From an uncultured Acidimicrobiales bacterium (GTDB lineage: Bacteria > Actinomycetota > Acidimicrobiia > Acidimicrobiales > SZUA-35): a stretch of DNA of 64,000 bases. The stretch spans positions 567 to 64,566 of the forward strand of contig CALAJV010000005.1 of the NCBI GenBank assembly GCA_937922805.1, read 5' to 3'. Below the pieces are notes generated by a model that saw nothing but the letters and a program-made list of their open reading frames with translations, had not been told where the DNA came from and did no database searches. Of this stretch, positions 55,101 through 60,495 are shown piece by piece (positions within the stretch are counted from its first letter, which is position 1; each line of letters opens with the position of its first letter). The position numbers and the translations under genes are program-made.

Positions 55101-55953
55101 CCAAAAGAACGCCTAGAGCGACCGTGTGTTCTGTACAAACTGTCAACGGAGCTAGTTCTTCTTCGACTGCCCATAACGCTGCTTCAACTCGTTTGCGGTC
55201 ACCGCTGGAGTCGGACGCGGTGGTTAGAAGTCGTTCGAGCTCGACGATCAGATCCTGAAATCGTCGAAACTTCTGCTCACCCAATCGTTCGAATATTCGG
55301 TCCCGAAAAATCTCAGCCTGAGTTGGAGCAGGTGCCGGTTCCGGTTCCGGTTCGTCAATCTGTCCGGTTCCGATTGTAGTTTCTGGCGCAACCTCGGTTG
55401 GTTGGACAGTCGGATTCGGCGCGCTCTTTACTCCGGAAAGAACTTTGCAGGTAGCCCCATTTTCCCAGCCGAATCCGTCTCCATCTGGATCGGACTCGTT
55501 TGCCGAACAGTCGGGTGGACCACCAGAATGTTGGGGCGGATTTTGAGTCGGCGTGGCGCCACTACCGTTTTCATCAATACCGACATCTTGATCGTCAGCG
55601 GCCTGATCGTCAGCGGCCTGATTGCCAGCATCCTGGTTGTCAGTATTTTGGCCGCCGGTGTTCTCATCGACTGTTGGAGATTCGGGGCCACTATCGGAAA
55701 CGGAGCACGTCTCCCCGTTCTCCCATCCCCATCCATCACCGTCGGGATCAGAAGTAGCTGACTGACACTCGACCGCAGCTTCAGAAACGTTGCCTTCAAC
55801 TGCTACCAATACCGCAGACGTCACCAACAGGACCGAGAAAACGCAGAGCACTCGACGGACACCAAAACGCGACGTCGCCACGCCCCACCAAAGTCCTATC
55901 GGTCTGCGGACGACAGCCCACAAGAATCCGAACGTCCACAACAAACGCCGCAC
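40129..55953 (-). CDS. Giant (5,274 aa) membrane-anchored multidomain protein; polymorphic-toxin/adhesin-like, family unknown
   Basis: This is an uninterrupted 15,825-nt ORF. GTG at 55953 has GGAG 6 nt upstream. The domain layout was read from the translation and is given in the findings. Positions were cross-checked against the DNA at aa 2378, 3646, 3786, 4921 and 5172. Confidence 0.85.
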   Translation of the reverse strand: MRRLLWTFGFLWAVVRRPIGLWWGVATSRFGVRRVLCVFSVLLVTSAVLVAVEGNVSEAAVECQSATSDPDGDGWGWENGETCSVSDSGPESPTVDENTGGQNTDNQDAGNQAADDQAADDQDVGIDENGSGATPTQNPPQHSGGPPDCSANESDPDGDGFGWENGATCKVLSGVKSAPNPTVQPTEVAPETTIGTGQIDEPEPEPAPAPTQAEIFRDRIFERLGEQKFRRFQDLIVELERLLTTASDSSGDRKRVEAALWAVEEELAPLTVCTEHTVALGVLLADEISLSYATNNGTNLGDDLAEQLWDLVNTLDSEGKIQVDQDACPAPQTANSYPDCTGSEDPDGDGFGWENNSSCRIVAQPTTPDQLPEVPGSDLNVVVADDSPENPGSVVDDQSNLDPASLMDELVAASETPLADANETQPSSVGDSGGTMAVEAPPNPGDYPVCLNDSSGGFGWEQNMSCLAVAAPRVVTSVCAIEQWAGAGFDFGRIANSWCSIQPESAQSNDITATDPVAPEPTPPTSVDPAQVATQPGGVDPSDVDSSGVQSSDFDSLIDPELVSPGPSGDVAATEPEPRQQANSEFTGGAIESPDVATTEVVSPELSDLAEEVTKVSAGSGDLPVCVEEQSGAIGFEQGMSCLALSYEPETPQTCVVDEWSAAGFTHGRVNGRWCTLAGQPALPNLGSVVDENLAASETPDEPQAKLDPTNPDSTVDATTAGESGVEDGLDAVPEQAATNNNLLGSEILQVGTAGDMPICLVAMSGETSVEQGMTCLPLTFSPTTTQPCTVPAWVGAGFEQGRQGGRWCNVVKAASPVESGQGIGVVQGLSVSYFSYAGWIEWDAPVNGSPTRYEVLRDGEYLATVVPGSTNRFLDKSFTTGRTHLYTVSAVDDSGERPIVGAPVTVPFFYDADQGFVHVDIHNQMLEGGSAGDPLTDEPVTTSSVVDDGFSTDAVRPVQGLTASQTAFVNEIVLSWTVSSEGPKPTEFEIVRDGQPVGSVDIPFYYDTDISPGRSYTYTVSPVVVEGTEIRSGLGLSVQTDPVVPIPQSITAGAATGLTVTQLPGSNNIEVTWDAPTGWAQGFIDSYQVLRNGAPVGVTIEPDFAATGDFPYPGRSFIDNSVPVGAALGYSVVARTIRDGSVVEGQATSLAVITPIDSSTVGVTFNEGTENESQGVATSPVSSQQVVPQQFVDAVALALDISGADAERLGSQLYVIYTLRDDLTVEFRDLLRVFNTELANFDRRDLSISDQEFAASTSAEIADLLLRRLTAPLQGTNIGVQIEGYGLAPVQNWLRSGGESADQLSTLIAESLELLQATQAAIDALPAGNKPSSNALKNVETPALRIGRALLNGTRTDPTNVRMMYRDITTGYRRTVGVRVDDGDIGSQIRYQDAPSTPFSTLFNASSEIERAQAYGIEPGQWEVAKPFLQIHYDTYQYRKANHGWGKIRSRLTSLVKIGFTLVLATTFGPGVAGALGLKGATAAVVGGAIGGTASTLFATGGDWEAAFKGGLIGAAAAGLKHLASLKDLTTSQKVMKALLESSVAGGSGSFEDRLLAAFANNFVDGMGAKIAKMADTSLFTGELLETILASAVASGGDWDKITRAAETYVLNAIGGEVADFTTDVLGDQWNDLGKTLTGFASYAAASNGDESQAKDFFFRHVMPQMEWGAGGKFTEWYGSKDEIYTGIGKAILVIVNQTLATGGTMEALEKSVESYVYGLAGDFASNKLVAAFTTDGKTPSVVTQFASLLDTYISNGYDPNVQRNALTREGSRIAANALSEVLPNCNSVSVEFTNERLINNLISARNADEFETELENTLTDILSPNSAYHDCAGPEDEDQLSFVDSECPVELSTTELSGVGAGFPGSSRRVAGSATRRFQIERIDPDSSGEVCQTPELFRLALLNLTPAQVIDQVSVFEQTLQAGTEPVELVTFSSDFVDYRLVVAGGANFGQVEELQESGVWYKTGIQISLARDEEGSIERFGDSTKSADGRADPGDPIENLQGFMNWLRSLSSSDNDLNDRFDVSTDRIIARPPKNVDVFSPKVVFQDFRIVTSQTGDRTIGTIQQRQPGSSTWYSPSGGRMTIFWSGDKITGFGTPTFGGNSIGEVLATIPTDQISNQITETTENGVAVITVDQFPNQRIHVADGFGLVHAWGSWGNQWYPTENFVKVNYDAAGVIIGFTHLGANTASVNADLFGLFLSSTIRTWTLNDSWGELGQRLRGCGVAIKQAWDEIIGILGDLPQAVADLVAGLKQMQAQIAASPEGFFNNIIASVLDADQLEQFKQEYGDAAGVARWSGRVMCSIILAIVFEVAIGVVGVVVAKAIMKKVSSGDATPSDPVDLVEDGEDLAIGVDDVCDDCIEEDGGYAETLEPGSSIYARIEDGEFIFNITSRTPGNGRLLFNRAFDALNNISGPIRAVIGEWGSGSNLTSFNAALRAGITPEDAARTTFTGQVAGERGFDRAEIVASAPSGSPGDYDHVRVRFFQGEASESASDADPGTVPTKSFSRLRATRDDAVDLTVGFKDAAWKLGIDHPELTAEIEQFEAAVDNFVLEVDALTDTELIPPVQQRGDVLLANGQEITARYLAITDPDAAPDAGDADVDDAEVSPGLAVSPAARLAELERQAVDFIDSAQSLFDRISNNASTGGPGAAPALLVQADEFQAAAAAFQIDVAQLANTPTNIAELDRLAGVSDELLKTQDQLLEDSSELADGAGNGASTAATRYEDLTDNGSGIVASKNLQGIVELNFLPGNKPAAEYYKEALTALAPVEGIQVVWTKGGAGELDTFNSELKSGNSYEEAVAATEAARLAAENGFEHSHIVFLDGENVGEHNTAIIVFDRNPAEPYVDAADQVTPGQAALALRLEQLNTDFVGLEQLDLFITDLIETKDTSDFEQLVNEVEAFQSEVARFVAEYGVTNPSDITTIDRFSATIEDLRTRGRALLLQLGYLELDPDASEFGVQLDLGPEMPDNVVATVSIDGELEVTDGKGSDLAASIDDGELVFGMLAAGDVTGRQLFQIAFDWANEWNGPVLTILGDWGPDLPSNLNSFNAAIEAGMSQELAALATATGRLASNNGYGVVEILTTDPAGGPGPYTEVSVRYSRGRMDVSDAESMSVPLFARLRSMKETVEELSTGLQTRLATKNIDQSSTLADEVEQFAVSANSYINVAAPADDAGALTNLVDRGKALVDEAERLGTQIDELADSGVGPDKTAENTDTVEPTGSPDSDDILCDPAGCVDGNGQFVAQLENKSKISGRVGDSGLIKFDVTSVKKGDGGRLFEAMLAGLRSSSGPINGIKGVWGLTSTNTEVFNSSVLAGSDLNEAALSTPTGKWAARAGFGRAEVDLESLEGARGSYTGVDVYFWPDGYQVDRTDSGGSENSDNSEAGTNESDGVRYEADNEDGAGASGWKDRNGYVHLTIEAVERSGTEYFEEALTALAPVNGVRATWTMRMPANLDTFNAELRQGKTHEEAAAATFTGKLSARNGFTEVHIVDVEGEPGAYRRAELAFDRTPAEAPFTPRLRESQADLPASAEIARLRQYAGQLTDLDAEIVRQLILTDDTPSVNLAKRVDQFQLEVWTYRYSVLDIDDPESVDIDVLESEGEQLLSAGEGLLQEVNYRRRTAADRADSGDTDGATTGEPDCNSFPTGTLVRMADGSLRPIEHVAAGDRVLAGDPTTGLFADEVVLAQWSHVDDGVMGTVGLTDGSQVSATDHHLFWVASDGSWVELEDVLPGDYLLTPAGVAKVASVAMSNPAPTLVWELDTSGPDTFTVHTGTRDVLVHNAPCNIDDFMKENTATSLEINDGQGSYVTGKIDAGILTIGMRANGRFTGTELFARLMEWAGDVTAIRGLWGSTLPTNLETFKAGIRAGLTPEQAAASTFTGQMALDYGYGDIRNVSPLPSSRSFEEALSVRVLFYRGEFDDTPENTAAVNDLSHLRSSASKLDLVAQELATLVGQKDLAGDPALITKINQFVATAKTFVVDIDSLTELDQVAVIGQRADDLLDSGRDLLVEAQQLSDRNDTNAGGAQEPLESSEASTGEVVATIGPLGRELDPLSHMPPGATVYRGGVNLTARPVDLEPGRFVVGGAVDSNGSLLNRLGQPLDAIGFADLASEMFRAGFRSGSDLELPNPGFGNERALEDRVKAALAELGVTPGNVVFRDQPGNQSQSGPAAVLDDPLATNSATNGTESPTENLSISPWAEADELSNHSGEAISEIVEILRRVYGPRDNWPEEFDELSQAFWMWHDAYHEDLEVLAQHEPSQPLPNDIAELVETGREIRENVEDYLLELRSNTSASLPPPAARFKAVAIPPQGDIQGRGINVTNKPDLTSTAMEIFVLVVDVENGNYVSELGTGSAPLSVGELASRLLNAGLRLDMDILISSGGGPDAELLSELRRRGFDGDLVPSFVTGRAVDAAAEILAVQTRIAELDSLLRSKNLFSNRAFATNRQLIVDEIAELAGEVREVSERTPDELVALSARVKDVDTQIDQIIIEIGHHVPVEIVSQPLVPFVPIAGRGLNLTAKRARISDDPNVFVVVVASSSDAGLFFKAQPDGPDVVLTADELADEIRAAGFQPTMNLEVFTDIVDEAIVAELQFQMALDGDQLSVQTINVGEQQIGDLAANDGQPGPLGTVEGVQPLGTGSVVGGRGLNLGSTTLSTRNQSNYFVFGADLTPTGAYANFGGQTLTALQVANAIIDARFDQGMILEIPRPLGPTAVQYVFDIADALGDAGVEPGQIVQRDGTLPFSPQPGQNAANDSDPTAVVVDDDGTDTPTTPEPPDGDTASNSTGSFTYEDGLVLARQATDLGSQLEQLLQNVGAISFSMLRRQTDEYRVETADYLSKLRAYPTSKDPDLGSASSSDTVDGLEIEAEGRRLVERGQQIIDDYLRATDNEPTAAGLALSTFEPEFVVAGGEVPGRGLNLTSRLGITSAEPNTFVLMVDAGVDGSFVESVAGGQLRALPTAELLRRLVAAGYVRGMELRLEGRALAFESDTEAALRFLGVGLLEAGLDASDLDFVDIDRQAVDGFGIVGIDGPETEVGLRNEGPGNGPTPTELYPKLAAANDRNRSVMLEFKTILDDKNLWAAESWLAAYEQLALRVDNFYLDWQDLAGAKPAGLVDAEAFVDQTNRAEAELLNVSVELDQDGQKILEALRQLPVNTIVVQELTPSERIFGRGLNLTTVDYQTTADPNTFVLVIDRDSAGNFVKTDWTGTPTILSVDQVVGYLHAVGFRSGMRLEVVGQANTDVAALRGALALRAYRPIEIAVIALD
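40216..43767 (-). repeat. Six diverged protein-level copies of unassigned module family 2 (G-R-G-[LI]-N-[LV]-T signature; giant ORF aa 4063-5246)
   Basis: The copies lie at nt 43549-43767, 42784-43014, 42187-42423, 41806-42033, 40984-41223 and 40216-40443. The shared pattern is GRG[LI]N[LV]T........P..FV[LV]VVD....G.F........L[ST]...[LV]......G[FY]..GM.LE[VL]. Confidence 0.75.
44191..48822 (-). repeat. Six diverged protein-level copies of unassigned module family 1 (giant ORF aa 2378-3921)
   Basis: The copies lie at nt 48490-48822, 47425-47751, 46636-46971, 45853-46185, 45412-45723 and 44191-44547. The shared pattern is G.L.F.......G..LF..A...L....GP[IV]..I.G.WG....NL..FN..[LI]..G.[ST].E.AA..T.TG..A...GF...E[IV]. 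Confidence 0.75.
44596..45018 (-). other. Hint (Hedgehog/intein-like, BIL/PT-HINT type) domain, giant ORF aa 3646-3786
   Basis: The 141-aa segment starts with Cys (CNSFPTGTLVRMADGSLRPIEHV..GDRVL) and ends in VLVHN. It is followed by Ala-Pro-Cys, so there is no +1 nucleophile. Confidence 0.8.
52489..53478 (-). other. Three FN3-like domains (giant ORF aa 826-1155)
   Basis: The pattern is typical of FN3, for example VQGLSVSYFSYAGWIEWDAPVNGSPTRYEVLRDGEYLATV...HLYTVSAVDDSG. It recurs three times. Confidence 0.65.
53527..55767 (-). other. Cys-bracketed DPDGDG[WF]GWE motifs (x3) and three ~170-aa Cys-containing repeats (giant ORF aa 63-809)
   Basis: The short motifs are CQSATSDPDGDGWGWENGETC, CSANESDPDGDGFGWENGATC and CTGSEDPDGDGFGWENNSSC. 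Three longer repeats have the form GD.P.C....SG..G.EQ.M.CL...C.[VI]..W..AGF..GR....WC. Confidence 0.8.
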
Positions 55954-56136
55954 TCAAACTCCATACACATTTTGATCCCACCGGAGTACCGCCAATTTTG
56001 AGGGCAGTACCTCGAAGCGGACCCACCGGACCGCTGCTTTACAGTGTATCTCTAGTCCTGGGCTAGAAACAAGGTTGATAGGCCAGACCTGGTTCCTAAC
56101 TGTCAGGGGCTCTCTCGACAGCCCTAAACAGAGGGT

Positions 56137-56856
56137 TTACAGGACTTTAGTGAGCTTTGATTCGGCCGGATCGCATCGAAACTCCGCCCCATCTTGAACT
56201 TCGGAAAGAAAAGTTGAGATCTCGGAAGAGCCGGTAACGAACGATCTACGTTCGCTCTCGCTCGAAGCAGCGAAAACCATGCCAACTAGCTTTCCGGCAG
56301 AATTGTAGATCCCAGCTCCGCTATCCCCTTGTTGGGTTGGGGCGTCAATAATGTAGCCAGCACGACGAGAACGAGTCGGTGAACGGACATCGTCGGTCTC
56401 GATGATGGTTCGATCCAGAACGGTGAATGGGATCGAACCGCTGGTAGCGCCGCCGACGAGATGACCTTCATCACCAACGCCAAGTACGCCAAAGTTGACT
56501 GGGCCTTGGATGGGGAGAGGGAGAATCTCCTGAACGTCGATTAATGCAAGGTCTCGCTTCCAGTCATACCCTCGGACCGTCCCTACTGCTGACGACGAGC
56601 CAACTTCGACCGAGACGCTACCGGCCCCGGCGACGACGTGAGCGGCGGTAAGTACTCGACTAGGACCAATCAAAATTCCCGACCCGAGGGCTCGACTGGT
56701 GTCGCCGCAAGCAGTAGTACGAAGTACGACTGCCCGATTGGTGGCCTCGGCCGACGCCTGAACGTCGGCGGCCAATAAGCCGGCGGCTGGTGGCAGATGA
56801 GTTTGTTGTCGGCCCGACCGACCGGCTCCACCGACGGCTAACAACGCTCCCACCAC
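56137..56856 (-). CDS. Trypsin-like (S1 family) serine peptidase
   Basis: The catalytic triad context is LTAAHVV (His), RDLALI (Asp) and QGDSGAGIY (Ser). In-frame sequence upstream of the GTG start continues a hydrophobic helix (FGTTLLGLLA-VVGALLAVGG) without any ATG, GTG or TTG, so the true N-terminus is uncertain. Confidence 0.8.
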   Translation of the reverse strand: MVGALLAVGGAGRSGRQQTHLPPAAGLLAADVQASAEATNRAVVLRTTACGDTSRALGSGILIGPSRVLTAAHVVAGAGSVSVEVGSSSAVGTVRGYDWKRDLALIDVQEILPLPIQGPVNFGVLGVGDEGHLVGGATSGSIPFTVLDRTIIETDDVRSPTRSRRAGYIIDAPTQQGDSGAGIYNSAGKLVGMVFAASSESERRSFVTGSSEISTFLSEVQDGAEFRCDPAESKLTKVL

Positions 56857-56960
56857 AGCCAGCAGGCCAAGCAGTGTTGTTCCGAACCGAGCGTTGCTCT
56901 TAATAGCGTCCGACCCCTTGAAGGTGCTGGATAGGTAAGGTCAATTGAAGCCTACAAACA

Positions 56961-57003
56961 GGTGAGGCAGACGGCCCAATTTCGGACTGACGCCTGCCTC
57001 ACC
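56961..57003 (-). terminator. Terminator hairpin downstream of the TRAP operon
   Basis: A perfect 10-bp stem (ggtgaggcag 56961-56970 with ctgcctcacc 56994-57003) is followed on the minus strand by TGTTTGTAGGCTTC. Confidence 0.55.
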
Positions 57004-57091
57004 CTATATTTGTGCCACCGACCTTCCAGCAGTACCTTCTATTGCTGGAAGCAAACCGATGGTGCTCACTACTAGTGATTCAATTAGTGAA

Positions 57092-58330
57092 TTACACCGC
57101 AGTTTGTTGGGTCAGGTACGAGCGTTCAGCTAAGCCATGCCATTCAGCTACGCCATCGCGGAACTCTCGCCACGGACCGAGAATGGCAGCGAACCTCGGA
57201 TCTTCGGCCGCAATTCCGTCGAGTACATTCTCGGTTTCGGTCTTGAACGCATCCATTAGTTCAGGCGAGAACTCACGAATCTCGGCAAACCCCTTGATCG
57301 TTTGAAGATCCGCTTGGTTCAAGTTGTCGTACCGGGCCATCGTGATGGTGTTGGCATGAGCGGCCGCGCTTTCAACCGCGGCTTGGTACTGTTCTGGCAG
57401 ATCGTCCCAAAGACTCAGCGGCATTTGAACCTCGACCGCAGTTCCTGGCTCCCACCAGCCTGGATGGTAGTAGAACAGGCTGTCGCCAAGTTCGTCGAGG
57501 CCGAGTATCAAGTCGTCGGTTGGTCCAACGAATTCGGCGGCGTCGATCGCGCCTGATTGAATCGAGGTTAGGATCTCGCCACCTGGCATCGATACCTGCT
57601 CACCGCCAAGGTTGTTCAGCACCTGGCCGGCAAGGCCGGGGATTCTCATCTTGAGCCCTTGAAGATCATCGACCGTGTTGATCTCTTTCGAGAACCAACC
57701 GCCCATCTGACAACCTGTTGATCCACATGGGAACGAAATGGTGCCATGCTCTTCCGCGTAGAACTCGTTTAGCAGTTCGATTCCACCAGCGCCGTAGAGC
57801 CAGGCGTTCTGTTGACGCTGGGTTAGACCGAATGGTACGGCCGTTCCAAACTGCTGCACCGGGCTTAGGCCAACGTAGTAGTACGAGGCAGTGTGGCCCA
57901 TCTCGGCGCCACCGTCTCGAACCGCTTGGAGTACTTCGGTGCCGCCAACAATTTCGCCTGCTGGTTTGGGATTGATCTTGAACTTGCCACCAGTCAATTT
58001 CGATACCTGGTCGGCAAATACCTGAGCCGAACCAAACAGGGTGACGAGCGCAGTTGGCCAGCTTGTGGCCATGTTCCATTCAATCTCAGGACCGTCGCTT
58101 TGAACCTCAGTTACCGTTTCACTGTCATCGCCAGTGGTGGCCGCGGTGGTGTCGTCGCCGTCAGAATCACTATCTGGTCCCGCCGGATCAGCGTCGGTAT
58201 CTGCCACTTCGGTCGTACTGCAGGCGGCGAGGACCGCAGCACTAGCCGCGAATCCGGCCACACCAAGGCCGGCCTTTCCAATAAACGACCGACGATCAAT
58301 CGTCGGCTTTTCGGATTCTTCGATTGTCAT
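57092..58330 (-). CDS. dctP: TRAP transporter substrate-binding protein (DctP family), Tat/lipoprotein signal
   Basis: The signal is RRSFIGKAGLGVAGFAASAAVLAAC. The mature part reads WNMATSWPTALVTLFGSAQVFADQVSKLTGGKFKI...GGTEVLQAVRDGGAEMGH, typical of DctP family 7. Confidence 0.8.
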   Translation of the reverse strand: MTIEESEKPTIDRRSFIGKAGLGVAGFAASAAVLAACSTTEVADTDADPAGPDSDSDGDDTTAATTGDDSETVTEVQSDGPEIEWNMATSWPTALVTLFGSAQVFADQVSKLTGGKFKINPKPAGEIVGGTEVLQAVRDGGAEMGHTASYYYVGLSPVQQFGTAVPFGLTQRQQNAWLYGAGGIELLNEFYAEEHGTISFPCGSTGCQMGGWFSKEINTVDDLQGLKMRIPGLAGQVLNNLGGEQVSMPGGEILTSIQSGAIDAAEFVGPTDDLILGLDELGDSLFYYHPGWWEPGTAVEVQMPLSLWDDLPEQYQAAVESAAAHANTITMARYDNLNQADLQTIKGFAEIREFSPELMDAFKTETENVLDGIAAEDPRFAAILGPWREFRDGVAEWHGLAERSYLTQQTAV

Positions 58331-58462
58331 TGCGCCTCCTTGGCAGATTGACCCAATTACACGTAGTTGATTGGTGGGTTGATTACTTCGTTTGCTCGTT
58401 GAATTTGCTTTCGCTTTGTGGTTTACCTTTTTGGGGAGAATGGTGGCGACTCAACCGCTCCG

Positions 58463-60406
58463 TTACAGGGCCGTGGCGACCTGCTTGTCCGAGTCGGTGA
58501 GATCGATATCTGGAGGTCGGTCGCCTTTCGATCTGGATCGAACCGCGGTGTAAGCACCGAGAACGAGCACGGCCACGCAAATGACCGCAAGCCCGGTCAA
58601 GACGCGACTAGCTCCCGGGGAGTCGGGATTACATAGCGATGGTGGCGCGGTCGGATTGAAATAGCAGTACGAGAAGTTAGTGATCGAGGGAACCAGTCCG
58701 AGCAGTATCAATGCCGCTATTTGAAGACCCATGAAAGGGATCGCCCCTTTGTGGATGTCAGCGGTCTTAACCTCGGGTGGTGCTACCGATTGAAGGTAGA
58801 ACAACGAGAACCCGACAGGAGGTGAGATGAAGGCCATGTTCAAGTTCACTGCCATTAGAACTGCGAACCAAACGATCTCTTGATCGTTGAACTGCAGCAG
58901 TTCCATCGCTGGCACGAAGATCGGCACCACGATAAAGGTGATCTCGAGAAACTCAAGATTGATTCCGAGGAGAAACACCGCGACCATGGCGACAACAACG
59001 AAGCCTACTTTGCCACCGGGAATGCTCGACAGCCATTGGGCGACCAAAGAGGAGCCGCCAAGCTCTTGGAACATTAGGCGGAAGAACAACGATGAGAACA
59101 GCAGCGTCATGACCAAGACCGTGATGTTGGCCGTTGACATAGCCGATGATTTGACCGACTCCCAAGTAAGTCGCCACTTTGGCTCCAAATGACTGGCCCC
59201 ATCTTCGGCCAACGTTCGGTCAAAGACAAAGTTCAGTACGGAGAGAACTAGAGCCCCGAACACACCAACCGCCCCGGACTCTGAAGGAGTTGCTACTCCT
59301 TGAAAGATCGAGACCAGCACACCGAATATCAGAACCAAGACGGGAACGATGGACACGAGCAGCTCGGCCATCAGCATCTTCGATTCGGAGACCGCAGCCC
59401 GAAGCACTAGGAAGGTCACAGCGCCGATGATCATGGCCGTTCGCCAATCCATACCGAGGCCAAGAACACAGATCACGGCGGCAGCAACGCCACCGGCAGT
59501 AGCAAGCACCGGTCCGATTGGGCCGCTAAGCCTTGACGTAACCGGTGATACGACTAGTACTGACGTGGCAAAGGTGGCAGCTCCTACCGCAATGGCGGGA
59601 ACTAAACCGATCAGCAACGTGATGAGGAAGACCGCCGAGCCTAGGGCGGCGCCGACGATAAGGGCCGATCGCATCGACGGATGCCCCTCAAGTGTTCGCT
59701 CCTCCACCGGCATCGCGGGGCCGGCCTCGGGGCGAATAGCGGAAATGAACAGCGCATAGCCAACGTAGAGGCCGCTCAACAACAAGCCGGGCAATATGGA
59801 TCCGGCGAACAGACCGACGATGCCGACTCCAAGCTCTTGGGCGAGCAGGATCAAGACGATGCTGGGGGGCAACAGCTGAGCCAAAGTACCGGATGCGATG
59901 ATGGCGCCAGTTGCCAACTGATGATCGTATTTGAGACGAAGCATCGCCGGTAGCGACAACAATCCCATCACGATTACTGTCGCGGCGACTACCCCGGTAG
60001 CGGCTGCGAGCAGCGTTCCAACCACGATTACGGCTGCTGCTACGCCACCGCGTAGCGAGCCCATCAACAAACCAAACGCGTTCAGGAGGCGCTCCGCTAA
60101 ACCGGACCGTTCAAGAATGGCACCCATCATTACAAACAGCGGCACGGCCAGAAGGGTGCCGCTATTGAGAGCACCAACCCAGTTCGAGGGCAACTGACCC
60201 GACAGCGTGACGGGGTCGAAGGTCTGGAAGCTGAAGGCGTTGGACATATCGCCGATGAAGGCGAACCCGAGCGCCACCGAGGCAAAGCAGAAGGCCACGT
60301 TGTATCCGCTCAAGATCAAAAACATGAACACTACAAACATCAAAATGGCTAGGAACTCGCCAAATGTCAGACCGAAAATGTTCACAATCACATCAGCAGC
60401 GATCAT
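58463..60406 (-). CDS. dctM: TRAP transporter large permease (DctM family), unusually long at 647 aa
   Basis: This is a polytopic membrane protein with DctM-type segments (LLAVPLFVMMGAILERSGLAERL..., IPFMGLQIAALILL). It sits between the dctQ-like and dctP-like genes. Confidence 0.8.
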   Translation of the reverse strand: MIAADVIVNIFGLTFGEFLAILMFVVFMFLILSGYNVAFCFASVALGFAFIGDMSNAFSFQTFDPVTLSGQLPSNWVGALNSGTLLAVPLFVMMGAILERSGLAERLLNAFGLLMGSLRGGVAAAVIVVGTLLAAATGVVAATVIVMGLLSLPAMLRLKYDHQLATGAIIASGTLAQLLPPSIVLILLAQELGVGIVGLFAGSILPGLLLSGLYVGYALFISAIRPEAGPAMPVEERTLEGHPSMRSALIVGAALGSAVFLITLLIGLVPAIAVGAATFATSVLVVSPVTSRLSGPIGPVLATAGGVAAAVICVLGLGMDWRTAMIIGAVTFLVLRAAVSESKMLMAELLVSIVPVLVLIFGVLVSIFQGVATPSESGAVGVFGALVLSVLNFVFDRTLAEDGASHLEPKWRLTWESVKSSAMSTANITVLVMTLLFSSLFFRLMFQELGGSSLVAQWLSSIPGGKVGFVVVAMVAVFLLGINLEFLEITFIVVPIFVPAMELLQFNDQEIVWFAVLMAVNLNMAFISPPVGFSLFYLQSVAPPEVKTADIHKGAIPFMGLQIAALILLGLVPSITNFSYCYFNPTAPPSLCNPDSPGASRVLTGLAVICVAVLVLGAYTAVRSRSKGDRPPDIDLTDSDKQVATAL

Positions 60407-60495
60407 TGAGTTGTCATCCCCCTAACTTCGTGTGTTCAGTGTTTCCGTTCAACCATTTCGTGTGCTGTGAATCTTCCAGAAGCGATGTTCAGCCG

